Shown here: piece by piece, positions 51,080 through 64,000 of the stretch
How positions within the stretch are numbered: the stretch's first letter is position 1
How the letters are laid out: each line of letters begins with the position of its first letter
Assembly (NCBI GenBank): GCA_963819975.1
Contig: CAWFYE010000002.1
Location: 52,844-116,843 of the forward strand
Direction: 5' to 3'
DNA length: 64,000 nucleotides
Source: an uncultured Verrucomicrobiae bacterium
Lineage (GTDB): Bacteria; Verrucomicrobiota; Verrucomicrobiia; Chthoniobacterales; UBA10450
Made by a program: the position numbers and the translations under genes
Notes under the pieces: generated by a model
The model's database searches: none
What the model saw: the letters and a program-made list of their open reading frames with translations, nothing else
Told to the model about the DNA's origin: nothing

Positions 51080-51454
51080 CCGCCAACGCGCCGGCCTAAG
51101 GCGGGCTCCATCCGGCCGCGCCCGCGCGCCCCGCGCTGCCGAGCGCGAGGAGAACCAGGGAGCCTTTGCCGGGACAGCCGCTTCGTTAGGCGCGCTGCTG
51201 GTTTGTCCAGTTGGGATGGATCGCCGGGATCGAGCCATCTTGAGTCCTTGACCCTGCGTCGAACGGGAAGCCCGATGATGCATTGCCCGGGCTGGATCCG
51301 CCCACAAAAAGCCGCCGTTAACGTCGGCCTCGGCGTTGCGAAACCTTTGCGGGACGGCTTTTGGGATTGACATCGATCGGCAGAGTTTAAACGCTACGCT
51401 TAATCGCACGAAGGCACCTTCGGCTTCGGGGGCGCAGATTTCATCGAGGTTTAC

Positions 51455-52933
51455 ATGAAAAAGTTTCGGTTTCATTCCAGACAGTCGGCCGTAACCGCTC
51501 TCTGCGTCTTCGCCCCCATCGGCTGGTCCCTCTTCGCGGCGTCACGCACAGTTGCCGAAACCTGCGATCAGCCTCACTTCGTCTCGACCGAGCATGTCCC
51601 CACCCGCAGTCTCCTCTTTGATATCGGGGTTGCTGACTTGGACGGCGACGGCGACCAGGACCTGGCCATCGTCTCGGATAGCGGGCTTTTCGTCTCCCTG
51701 GGCGACGGGGCGGGCGGATTTGGGAAAGTGGCAGAATATAACGCGGGCGAGGGCTCGTCGTCGCTCGCGCTCGGCGACTTCAATGGAGATGGTGCGCCGG
51801 ATGTTATCACGACCGGTTCCAATGTGGCCGTCCTGCTCAACAACGGCGAAGGCGGCTTTTCGGCCCCGAGCTTTCTCACCGCAGGCACGCAACCGATTCG
51901 GGCCGTCACCGGGGATTTCAACCAGGACGGGAAGCTGGATTTGGCGGTCGCCAATTTCGGCAGCTCCGATGTCTCGGTTTTTCTCGGCGACGGCGGAGGC
52001 GGCTTTGGCGGAGCGATTAACTTCGCTACCGGCAGTGCGCCTAACGGTCTGGTGACAGCCGATTTTGACGGAGATGGCGCGCTCGACCTGGCAGTGGGCG
52101 AATACGCAGCGATGGACCTGCGCATCTTGAAAGGAAACGGGGATGGTCAGTTCAGCGACGGACCCGTTTATCCGTTAGGCGGAAATGCCGGGACGGTGGT
52201 GGCGAGCGATTTCAATGGCGATGGGAAACCCGATCTGGCGGCGAACGTGTTCAATATTTCGCCCAACGACCACGTCGCGACCTTTCTCGGGAACGGCGAC
52301 GGAAGCTTCGCCGCCGGGGGAGTGATTTTGGCTCCGGTGTTCCGGACGCTGATTGCCTCGGATCTAAATGGCGATGGCAATATCGATCTGGCCGTGACGG
52401 TTTCGAGTGAGATGGAGGCAATCGAGATCGCAACGGGCGATGGAACGGGGAACTTCGGTCCGCTCCAGCAGACACTTTTTCCCCGCGGAAGGGGGAACGC
52501 CTTTGGGATGGCGGCGGGCGATCTCGACGGCTTTGGCGGGCTGGATCTGGTGACGGCCAATTACGGCCCGCACGATGCCACTGTTTTCCTCAATCTTCCC
52601 CTGGTCGAACTCATCGCCGGGGGACAAACCGCCTCCGAAGACGGGACGAAGTCGAAATTCAGGATAAGGAGGCAGGGCTGCGAGGCGGAGCCGTTGACGG
52701 TTTACTATACCATGGGGGGAACTGCTACACTTGGCGTCGACTACCAGGCACTTACCGGCAGCGTCACCATCCCGGCCGATAAAGACTCAGCCTCGGTCAT
52801 CATCGACCCGATCGATGATACGCTGGTGGAAGGCACCGAGACGATCATCCCCACACTTAGCCCCGATCCCCATTATGGTTTGCGCTTACCCGGCAAACAG
52901 TATTGGGTGATGTTCCTGCTCGATAACGATTAG
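51455..52933 (+). CDS. secreted FG-GAP/VCBS repeat protein with C-terminal Calx-beta-like domain
   Basis: Repeated DLDGDGDQDLA / DFNGDGAPD / DFNQDGKLDLAV motifs. C-terminus LTVYYTMGGTATLGVDYQALTGSVTIPA. Confidence 0.75.
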   Translation: MKKFRFHSRQSAVTALCVFAPIGWSLFAASRTVAETCDQPHFVSTEHVPTRSLLFDIGVADLDGDGDQDLAIVSDSGLFVSLGDGAGGFGKVAEYNAGEGSSSLALGDFNGDGAPDVITTGSNVAVLLNNGEGGFSAPSFLTAGTQPIRAVTGDFNQDGKLDLAVANFGSSDVSVFLGDGGGGFGGAINFATGSAPNGLVTADFDGDGALDLAVGEYAAMDLRILKGNGDGQFSDGPVYPLGGNAGTVVASDFNGDGKPDLAANVFNISPNDHVATFLGNGDGSFAAGGVILAPVFRTLIASDLNGDGNIDLAVTVSSEMEAIEIATGDGTGNFGPLQQTLFPRGRGNAFGMAAGDLDGFGGLDLVTANYGPHDATVFLNLPLVELIAGGQTASEDGTKSKFRIRRQGCEAEPLTVYYTMGGTATLGVDYQALTGSVTIPADKDSASVIIDPIDDTLVEGTETIIPTLSPDPHYGLRLPGKQYWVMFLLDND

Positions 52934-53059
52934 CGATCGAAGAAAGCCCCGCCGATTGCGCGACGGGCGGTCCCACAATGCCGGGCATGGCAGCGTGCCT
53001 GAACGGCAAATTATTGGGATGCCAGAGGCGGTTTGCGTTCAGCCCGCAAACGGCTGCTC

Positions 53060-54130
53060 TCAGCGCTGGACAAGGAAAAAGGCCATCGCCAGAATGAGGT
53101 AGGCTGCGACGAGCATGACCCCTTCAAACCAAGTCGTCTCGCCGTCACCCGCGATCGCGTTGACGGTGAAACTAACGCCGGCGATGGCTATGAGTTCGAG
53201 CGGATTTTCGAAGACAAGGTTCATCGGTTGACCCATAAAATAGGAGGCGAGGACGAGGAGCGGCGCGACGAGGAGCGCGACCTGAATGCTGGAACCAACG
53301 GTGATGCTCATGACGAGTCCCATTCGGTCTTTCCGCGCGAAGTAGATTGCGGCGACGTATTCCGCCGCGTTGCCGATGATCGCAAGGACGACGATACCTA
53401 GAAAGAAACTCGAGATTCCCAGTTGGGTGGCGGTCTGGTTCAGGGCACCGGAAACCAGCTCGGCTTCCCAAGCGGTAAGGGCAGTCCCCGCGAGGAGGAC
53501 AGCGAGAGATTGCCAGATCGGCCACGGCGTCCGATGTTTCTCCTCGTCGCGGCGCTGGAACTCGAACATCTCCCGGTGGGTGACAAGCGTGTAGAGGAGG
53601 TTGGCGAGGTAGACGAGGATGAGAACGATCGCGACGCCGAGGCTTAGATGTTCCTCGAGGCGGCTGGTCGCGTCGGAACGCAGGCCCCGCTCGGTGTAAT
53701 CGAAGAGAGCCGGCACCAAAAGACCCAGCATGGCGAGGATGAGCAAACTGGAGAGCAAACCGGCTCGTTCGCGCTTGAAGCTCTGATGTTCGCGTCCGTA
53801 ACTGCCGACGATGATCGCGAGCCCGAGCCCGAGGAGGCTGTTCCCGATGATGGAGCCCGTGATCTGGCCTTTCACAACACCCTGTTCGCCGGCAGCAAGA
53901 ACGAAGAGAGCAAGAACAAATTCGGCCGTGTTACCGAAGGTCACATTGAGCAGGCCGCCGATTGCCGGACTGGCCTGCGCCGCCAGGTTTTCGGTCGCCC
54001 GGCGAATCCATTCCGCCAGTGGCACGATGGCGAGAATCGCGCTCACGAAGACCCAGGTGGGCCCTGCTCCAGTGAAGTAGTGCACGCCCAGAGAGAGCGG
54101 CACGAGGAACAAGAGCCAGTTAAATATCAT
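53060..54130 (-). CDS. Ca2+/H+ antiporter (CAX family)
   Basis: Two GNxxE repeats ([12 protein letters not shown] and [19 protein letters not shown]) in an 11-TM-like protein. Confidence 0.85.
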   Translation of the reverse strand: MIFNWLLFLVPLSLGVHYFTGAGPTWVFVSAILAIVPLAEWIRRATENLAAQASPAIGGLLNVTFGNTAEFVLALFVLAAGEQGVVKGQITGSIIGNSLLGLGLAIIVGSYGREHQSFKRERAGLLSSLLILAMLGLLVPALFDYTERGLRSDATSRLEEHLSLGVAIVLILVYLANLLYTLVTHREMFEFQRRDEEKHRTPWPIWQSLAVLLAGTALTAWEAELVSGALNQTATQLGISSFFLGIVVLAIIGNAAEYVAAIYFARKDRMGLVMSITVGSSIQVALLVAPLLVLASYFMGQPMNLVFENPLELIAIAGVSFTVNAIAGDGETTWFEGVMLVAAYLILAMAFFLVQR

Positions 54131-54289
54131 CGGGATCGGATCAGGTCTTTCGATTCGGCGGGACCGGCGCTTGGTTTCGTTGCAACTCCGGGGGCGTTTC
54201 CAAGCTGCTTCTATGATATCGGATGGCGACGCCTCTCTCGGTCTTTCTCATTTCGGATCGGACGGCAATGTTCAGGCAAGAATTGAGTT

Positions 54290-54317
54290 TTGACATCCAC
54301 CCAAATCCCGCTAATTT
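54290..54317 (+). promoter_or_regulatory. candidate sigma-70-type promoter for the rplA operon
   Basis: TTGACA (54290-54295), a 16-nt spacer, then TAATTT (54312-54317), about 70 nt upstream of the rplA ATG. Motif match only. Confidence 0.4.
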
Positions 54318-54386
54318 CCCGTCCCCGCCGCTCCGGAAGCGACAGGTATCAGGAGAGCCTCACGGTTCGTTCGTACTGAAATTATT

Positions 54387-55088
54387 ATGCAAAAAAATCG
54401 CTCCAAACGTTATCTCGCGGCCGCCGGGCTGGTGGACCGCAACAAGGCTTACAGCTTCGCCGAAGCCGTCAGCACGCTGAAGAAACTCCCGGCGCCGAAG
54501 TTCGACCAAACGGTCACGATGTCGTTCCGGCTCGGGGTTGATCCCAAGCAATCCGACCAGATGGTCCGCGGCACTTGCCCGCTCCCGCACGGCAGCGGCA
54601 AGCAGGTGCGCGTGCTCGTTTTCGCTCAGGGCGCGGCGGCGCAGGCGGCCAAGGATGCCGGCGCAGAGTTCGTCGGCTTCGCGGATATGATCAAGAAATG
54701 CCAGGAAGGCTTTCAGGATTTTGATGTCGCGATCGCGACGCCTGCCGCCATGGCAGAAGTGCGCAAGCTCGGCAAAGTGCTCGGCCCGCGCGGGCTGATG
54801 CCGAACCCGAAAACCGGGACTGTGACCGAAGACACAGCTAAGGCTGTTGGCGAAGTGAAGGCTGGTCGAGTGGAATTCAAGCTCGACAAGAACGGCAACG
54901 TTGCGGTGCCGGTCGGAAAATTTTCTTTCGCAGAAAACCAGTTGGTAGAAAACGGAACCGCGATCATCGAAGCGGTCGTCAAAGCCCGTCCAGCGACGGC
55001 CAAGGGCCGTTTCGTCGAGGGGATGACGCTGGCCGCGACGATGTCACCGGGGTTGCACGTCGATCCTTCGCCTTATCTCAGCATTTAA
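54387..55088 (+). CDS. rplA: 50S ribosomal protein L1
   Basis: [24 protein letters not shown]...[15 protein letters not shown]. Confidence 0.95.
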   Translation: MQKNRSKRYLAAAGLVDRNKAYSFAEAVSTLKKLPAPKFDQTVTMSFRLGVDPKQSDQMVRGTCPLPHGSGKQVRVLVFAQGAAAQAAKDAGAEFVGFADMIKKCQEGFQDFDVAIATPAAMAEVRKLGKVLGPRGLMPNPKTGTVTEDTAKAVGEVKAGRVEFKLDKNGNVAVPVGKFSFAENQLVENGTAIIEAVVKARPATAKGRFVEGMTLAATMSPGLHVDPSPYLSI

Positions 55089-55093
55089 TTTTT

Positions 55094-55627
55094 ATGAGAC
55101 CCGAAAAAGCCAACATCGTTGAGGACCTTTCCGAGAAACTGAACGGCTCGCCGTTTATCCTGGTGACCGATTACCAGCGGATGAAGGTCGATCATTTCGG
55201 TGAGCTGCGAAACCGGCTTGCCCCAACGGGCGCCGAAGTACACGTAGTTAAGAACAGCTTTTTGAAGCGCGCCATGTCGGCGAGCGGAATGCCGGACCTG
55301 GCCGAGCAATTGAGCGGTCAGACCGCGGTCGTGACCGGCAACTCGGACGTGGCTCCGGTTGCGAAGGTCTTGAAGGCCTTCGCGGCGGAGTTCAAGATCG
55401 CCTCGCTCAAAGTCGGCGTCGTCGACAAAGCCGTGCTCTCGACCGCAGAGGTGGAGTCGCTGGCCGACCTGCCGCCGCGTGATATTCTGCTCTCGCAGCT
55501 CCTCGGCGTGCTCCTGGCTCCGGCGACCAAGTTGGCCAGGACTTTGAACGAGCCGGCCGCGGCTTTGGCCCGGCTCCTAAATGCCAAAGCCGAAAAGGAA
55601 GGCCAGCCGGCGGAGGCCACAGCCTAA
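55094..55627 (+). CDS. rplJ: 50S ribosomal protein L10
   Basis: Position between rplA and rplL. EKANIVEDLSEKLNGSPFILVTDYQRMKV pattern. Confidence 0.93.
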   Translation: MRPEKANIVEDLSEKLNGSPFILVTDYQRMKVDHFGELRNRLAPTGAEVHVVKNSFLKRAMSASGMPDLAEQLSGQTAVVTGNSDVAPVAKVLKAFAAEFKIASLKVGVVDKAVLSTAEVESLADLPPRDILLSQLLGVLLAPATKLARTLNEPAAALARLLNAKAEKEGQPAEATA

Positions 55628-55753
55628 CGACTAACAAATTTCGCCCCGCAACTGCAGGGTGAGCAACAAAACAAGAACAACACTGTCCGAGCCGACGGCT
55701 GTCGGCTGTAATTTCCCGGGGGCTTCCGGGAACGGCAATTGGAGGAAACTAAA

Positions 55754-56140
55754 ATGGCAGATACAAATGCAATTGTGGAGCAACTCAGCGGGCTGACCGT
55801 TCTCGAGGTTGCTGGATTGGTGAAGCAACTCGAAGAAAAATGGGGCGTGAGCGCAGCGGCTCCGGTGGCGATGGCGGCAGCGCCGGCTGCCGGCGGCGGT
55901 GCGGCAGCTCCGGCAGCGGAAGAAAAGACCACTTTCGATGTCATCCTCAAGGAAATGGGCTCGAACAAGATCGGCGTGATCAAAGAAGTTCGCGCCGCGG
56001 TCCCCGGACTCGGCCTGGCGGAAGCCAAGGCATTGGTCGAGGGCGCGCCCAAAACCATGAAGGAAGGCGTGACCAAGGAAGAAGCCGAAGAGATCAAGAA
56101 AAAGGTCGAAGCGGCCGGCGCCAAGGTCGAAATCAAATAA
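55754..56140 (+). CDS. rplL: 50S ribosomal protein L7/L12
   Basis: GGAGGA RBS 8 nt before the ATG at 55754. Ala-rich hinge, then [29 protein letters not shown]. Confidence 0.95.
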   Translation: MADTNAIVEQLSGLTVLEVAGLVKQLEEKWGVSAAAPVAMAAAPAAGGGAAAPAAEEKTTFDVILKEMGSNKIGVIKEVRAAVPGLGLAEAKALVEGAPKTMKEGVTKEEAEEIKKKVEAAGAKVEIK

Positions 56141-56151
56141 TTTTCCATCCT

Positions 56152-56190
56152 CTGGCGGGCGCGGCGCGAGAAAGCACTTGCGCCCGCCGG
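56152..56190 (+). promoter_or_regulatory. GC-rich hairpin in the rplL-rpoB spacer (possible attenuator)
   Basis: GGCGGGCGC (56154-56162) pairs with GCGCCCGCC (56180-56188) over a 17-nt loop. There is no following T-run, so it is not a canonical terminator. Confidence 0.35.
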
Positions 56191-56436
56191 CAGGATGTGA
56201 ATATTTACGTCCCCCTTTTTCTGACTCAGGACGCCCGACGTATTTTTAACTCGCTCTCGAAGGCAAATCTCAAGATTGGCAACAAAACGGTGGAGGTGAC
56301 ATTAACCGACCGCCGTTTTGCTGCCACTTTTTTCGCCCGCTTTTTTCGGATAAATCCGTAACCCTCAGTTTACCCTCGCGGCCTGCATCCAGGGTCGCTG
56401 CAGGTTTTTAATCATTGGAGATTGGTGCCACTAGTT

Positions 56437-59400
56437 ATGTCAGACCGTACTGCAATAGAGCGTATCCACTTCGGCAAAATCAAAGAAGCGATTGAGCCGC
56501 CGAACCTGATCGAGGTTCAACTCAATTCCTACGTCGATTTTCTGCAAAAAGACGTCCCGCCGAGCAAGCGCAAGAACACCGGGCTGCAAACGGTTTTCAA
56601 GGAAGTTTTCCCAATCGAGAGCTACGATGAAAAGGCGACCCTCGACTTCAGCCAGTATGAAATCGGCGAGCCGAAACTGAGCGCGCTCGAGGCGCAGCGC
56701 GAAGGCCAGACCTATAGCGCGCCGCTACACGTCACTTTCCAGCTCAAGGAGGAGAAGGGGACGAAGGAAGAGAAAGTTTACATGGGCGAAATCCCGCTCA
56801 TGACGCCGTCGGGCACGTTTGTCATCAACGGTGCGGAACGCGTTGTCGTTAGCCAGCTCCATCGCTCCCCGGGCATCGCGTTCGAGTCGAGCATCCACCT
56901 CAACGGCAAGGTGCTCTACAGCTTCCGAATCATCCCGGATCGCGGCTCGTGGATCGAAGTGCAATTCGACACCAGCGACCTGCTCTACATCTATCTCGAC
57001 CGTCGCAAACGCCGCCGGAAATTCCTCGCCACCACCTTCCTCCGCGCTCTCGGCTACGGAACGGATGAAGAGGTCATCAAACTTTTCTACAACATTGAAG
57101 ACCTCAAGCTGAGCGAGAAGCTCGACGAGGAAAGCCTCGCGATGAAGGTTCTCACCGCCGACGTGCTCGATGGCGAAGTCACGGTCGCGCGCGCTTTCGA
57201 GCCGCTCACCCTCGCCGCCGTCCGCCAGATTATGGCGCTCGGGCACAAGACGGTCAAAGTGATCGATATCACGCACGACGACACGGTCGTGAAAGCGCTG
57301 AAAAAAGACCCGGCGCACGACCAGGAAGAAGCGCTCAAGGATATCTACCGCAAACTGCGCCCGGGCGATCCGCCGACGGTGGCGAACGCCCGCGCTCTCC
57401 TCAAGCGTCTCTTTTTCGACCCGAAGAAATATGATCTCGGTCGGGTCGGCCGCTACAAGCTCAACCAGAAGCTGGGCATCGACGTCGATCTCGGCGAGCG
57501 CATCCTGACAGACAAGGATTTCATCGCGGCGATCAAGTACCTCATCAGTCTTCGCCGCGGCGAAGGCACGCTCGATGACATCGATCATCTCGGCAGCCGC
57601 CGCGTCCGGACCGTTGGCGAACTTCTCGCCAATCAGTGCCGCGTCGGTCTTGCCCGTACCGAGCGTTTGGTGAAAGAGCGCATGACGCTGTTCGACGTGA
57701 ACATCGACGGCATGACGCCGCAGAAGCTGATTAACCCGAAGGCGCTCAGCGCCGTCGTACGCGATTTCTTCGGCCGCTCTCAGCTCTCACAGTTCATGGA
57801 TCAGACCAATCCGCTCGCCGAGCTGACGCACAAGCGTCGTCTCTCCGCCCTCGGGCCCGGCGGTCTGAGCCGCGATCGCGCCGGCTTCGAAGTGCGCGAC
57901 GTCCATCCGTCGCACTACGGCCGCATCTGTCCGATTGAGACGCCGGAAGGTCCAAACATTGGTCTCATCAGCTCGATGTCGACCTTTGCCCGGATCAACG
58001 AATTTGGTTTCATCGAAACGCCGTATCGCAAGGTCGAAAACGGCCGCGTCAGCGATCAGGTGGATTATCTGACCGGTGATCGCGAAGAAAATTTCATCGT
58101 GGCGCAGGCGAATGCGCCGATGGACGCGAAAGGTCATTTCACAGGAGAAAAGGTTTCCGTCCGTTATCGCGGTGACTTCCTCGAAGTCGAACCGAGCAAG
58201 GTCCACTACATGGACGTCTCGCCGAAGCAGCTCGTCTCCGTCGCTGCGGGCCTCATTCCGTTCCTCGAGCATGATGACGCGAACCGCGCCTTGATGGGCT
58301 CGAACATGCAACGCCAGGGCGTGCCGCTGATCGTTTCCGAATCGCCGCTCGTCGGTACCGGTCTCGAAGGCAAAGTGGCGCGCGACTCGCGTGCGGTAGT
58401 AGTCGCGACCGAAGCCGGTCGCGTTGCTTCCGTTACCGCCGACCAGATCGTCGTGACGAAGGACGGCGAAATGCCGGAAAGCCGCAAGAAACTCAAAACC
58501 GATCTCGAAGCGGGCATTCACGTTTACGAATTGCGCAAATTCATGCGCTCGAACGCCGGCACCTGCGTGAACCAGAAGCCGATCGTGAAAAAAGGCCAGC
58601 ACGTGAAGCGCGGCCAGGTCATCGCGGATGGCCCGAACACCGAACACGGCGAGCTCGCGCTCGGCCGCAACGTCCTCGTCGCCTTCATGCCTTGGAACGG
58701 CTACAATTTCGAAGACGCGATCATGATCTCGGAGAAGGTCGTAAAGGAAGACATCTACACTTCCATTCACATCGACGAATTCGAGATCGGCGCCCGCGAC
58801 ACCAAGCTTGGCCCGGAAGAAATCACCCGTGACATTCCGAACGTAAGCGAGGAAGCGCTCCGCAACCTCGGCTCCGACGGCGTCATTCGCGTCGGTGCGG
58901 AAGTGAAGCCGGGCGACATCCTAGTCGGCAAAATCACCCCGAAGAGCGAGACGGAACTGGCTCCGGAAGAGCGCCTGCTTCGCGCCATCTTCGGCGAAAA
59001 AGCGGCCGACGTGAAAGACACGTCGCTGACCGTTCCGTCGGGTACCTACGGCATCGTGATGGACGTCAAAGTCTCGTCCCGCCACGAAGCCGCCCGGGAA
59101 AAACTCACGCCGGCGGAAACCAAGCGCCAGCTCAAGGCGATCACAGAAGACAATCGCAAAAAGAAAGACGAGCTGACGGAACAACTAACCGACGCGCTTT
59201 CCAACGTCCTGTTGGGCGAGAAAATTCCGCTCGACGTCGTGAATGCGCAGACTGGCGAAATCATCATTCCGGCGAATCGCAAGATCACCAAGACTCTGCT
59301 CCGCAAGCTCGCCATCGCTTACGACCACATCGAGATCGATCCCTCGCCGATTCGGAACAAGATCCGCGAGATCATCGCGCAGTACGAGCACAAATTTGCG

Positions 59401-60246
59401 GAGCTTGAGCTGGAGCGGGAACGCTCGATGGATCGCGTCGAAAGCGGCGACGACATCGACCCCGGCATCATCAAGCAGGTGAAAGTGTTCGTCGCGAGCA
59501 AGCGCAAACTGAGCGTGGGCGACAAAATGGCGGGACGCCACGGCAACAAGGGTGTTGTCGCGCGCATCGTGCCTGAAGAAGACATGCCTTATCTGCCGGA
59601 TGGAACGCCGGTCGAGATCGTTCTCAATCCGTTAGGCGTGCCGAGCCGTATGAACGTTGGCCAGGTTTTGGAGACGCACCTCGGCGTTGCCGCCAAGGCG
59701 CTCGGTTTCAAAGTTGCGACTCCCGTTTTCGACGGTATTTCGGAAGCGAAGATTCGCGAGTACCTCAACGACGCTAAGAAAGTCGACGGCTTTACCTGGG
59801 TGCAGGAAAACGGCAAGGCTCGTTTGTTCGACGGTCGCACGGGCGATGCGTTCGATCAGGAAGTCGTGGTCGGCTACATCTACATGCTCAAGCTCGGTCA
59901 CCTGGTCGCGGACAAGATTCACGCCCGCGCGGTCGGCCCCTACTCGCTCGTTACCCAGCAGCCGCTCGGCGGCAAGGCGCAGTACGGCGGTCAGCGTTTC
60001 GGCGAGATGGAAGTCTGGGCGCTCGAGGCCTATGGCGCGGCTTACACCCTGCAGGAGCTTCTGACCGTGAAGTCTGACGACGTTCAGGGACGCACCCGGA
60101 TCTACGAATCGATCGTGAAGGGCGATAATTCGCTCGAAGCCGGCACACCGGAATCTTTCAACGTGTTAATCAAGGAAATGCAGTCGTTAGGCCTCGACGT
60201 CAAAGTCGGCGGCCAGGCGCCGACCTTTCTCGAAAACGTTGCCTAA
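56437..60246 (+). CDS. rpoB: DNA-directed RNA polymerase subunit beta
   Basis: Full-length match to conserved RpoB blocks ([65 protein letters not shown]). ATG at 56437. Confidence 0.97.
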   Translation: MSDRTAIERIHFGKIKEAIEPPNLIEVQLNSYVDFLQKDVPPSKRKNTGLQTVFKEVFPIESYDEKATLDFSQYEIGEPKLSALEAQREGQTYSAPLHVTFQLKEEKGTKEEKVYMGEIPLMTPSGTFVINGAERVVVSQLHRSPGIAFESSIHLNGKVLYSFRIIPDRGSWIEVQFDTSDLLYIYLDRRKRRRKFLATTFLRALGYGTDEEVIKLFYNIEDLKLSEKLDEESLAMKVLTADVLDGEVTVARAFEPLTLAAVRQIMALGHKTVKVIDITHDDTVVKALKKDPAHDQEEALKDIYRKLRPGDPPTVANARALLKRLFFDPKKYDLGRVGRYKLNQKLGIDVDLGERILTDKDFIAAIKYLISLRRGEGTLDDIDHLGSRRVRTVGELLANQCRVGLARTERLVKERMTLFDVNIDGMTPQKLINPKALSAVVRDFFGRSQLSQFMDQTNPLAELTHKRRLSALGPGGLSRDRAGFEVRDVHPSHYGRICPIETPEGPNIGLISSMSTFARINEFGFIETPYRKVENGRVSDQVDYLTGDREENFIVAQANAPMDAKGHFTGEKVSVRYRGDFLEVEPSKVHYMDVSPKQLVSVAAGLIPFLEHDDANRALMGSNMQRQGVPLIVSESPLVGTGLEGKVARDSRAVVVATEAGRVASVTADQIVVTKDGEMPESRKKLKTDLEAGIHVYELRKFMRSNAGTCVNQKPIVKKGQHVKRGQVIADGPNTEHGELALGRNVLVAFMPWNGYNFEDAIMISEKVVKEDIYTSIHIDEFEIGARDTKLGPEEITRDIPNVSEEALRNLGSDGVIRVGAEVKPGDILVGKITPKSETELAPEERLLRAIFGEKAADVKDTSLTVPSGTYGIVMDVKVSSRHEAAREKLTPAETKRQLKAITEDNRKKKDELTEQLTDALSNVLLGEKIPLDVVNAQTGEIIIPANRKITKTLLRKLAIAYDHIEIDPSPIRNKIREIIAQYEHKFAELELERERSMDRVESGDDIDPGIIKQVKVFVASKRKLSVGDKMAGRHGNKGVVARIVPEEDMPYLPDGTPVEIVLNPLGVPSRMNVGQVLETHLGVAAKALGFKVATPVFDGISEAKIREYLNDAKKVDGFTWVQENGKARLFDGRTGDAFDQEVVVGYIYMLKLGHLVADKIHARAVGPYSLVTQQPLGGKAQYGGQRFGEMEVWALEAYGAAYTLQELLTVKSDDVQGRTRIYESIVKGDNSLEAGTPESFNVLIKEMQSLGLDVKVGGQAPTFLENVA

Positions 60247-60279
60247 CAATCTACCAAACTTAGAAATACAGCTCTCATT

Positions 60280-64000
<3,721 letters not shown>

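Overview
GC-rich (by eye about 60 %) bacterial chromosomal window that is almost fully coding. About 60 genes are mostly housekeeping. They include lysA and galK, aroE, moeA, a two-domain ligD, hemW, uppS, purA, uppP, glnB, gmd, pntAA-pntAB-pntB, purL-purF-purM, dnaX-ybaB and rplA-rplJ-rplL-rpoB-rpoC, plus tRNA-Ser(GCU) and tRNA-Val(UAC). Envelope and secreted genes (a PEP-CTERM protein, FG-GAP/Calx-beta proteins, a 1249-aa beta-strand-repeat protein, an arylsulfatase) suggest a Verrucomicrobia-like soil or aquatic organism; this is inference only. I found no prophage, integrase, transposase, CRISPR array or recognisable defence locus. The most unusual signal is not a gene. The 9-mer TCGTTAGGC/GCCTAACGA occurs 32 times exactly, plus many near-copies, inside unrelated genes, at stop codons and in spacers. 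This resembles a DNA-uptake-sequence-like or Chi-like genomic word. Several different long palindromic or nested-hairpin repeat elements are also present: one lies in-frame inside hemW and one bridges two convergent stop codons. Nine single-base-type frame disruptions were seen. Five of them cluster in purL/purF, and the others are in hemW, a YfcC-type transporter gene and a phosphoesterase gene. These are either real pseudogenisation or assembly indels. All coordinates and counts were obtained by reading the sequence by eye and should be recomputed.
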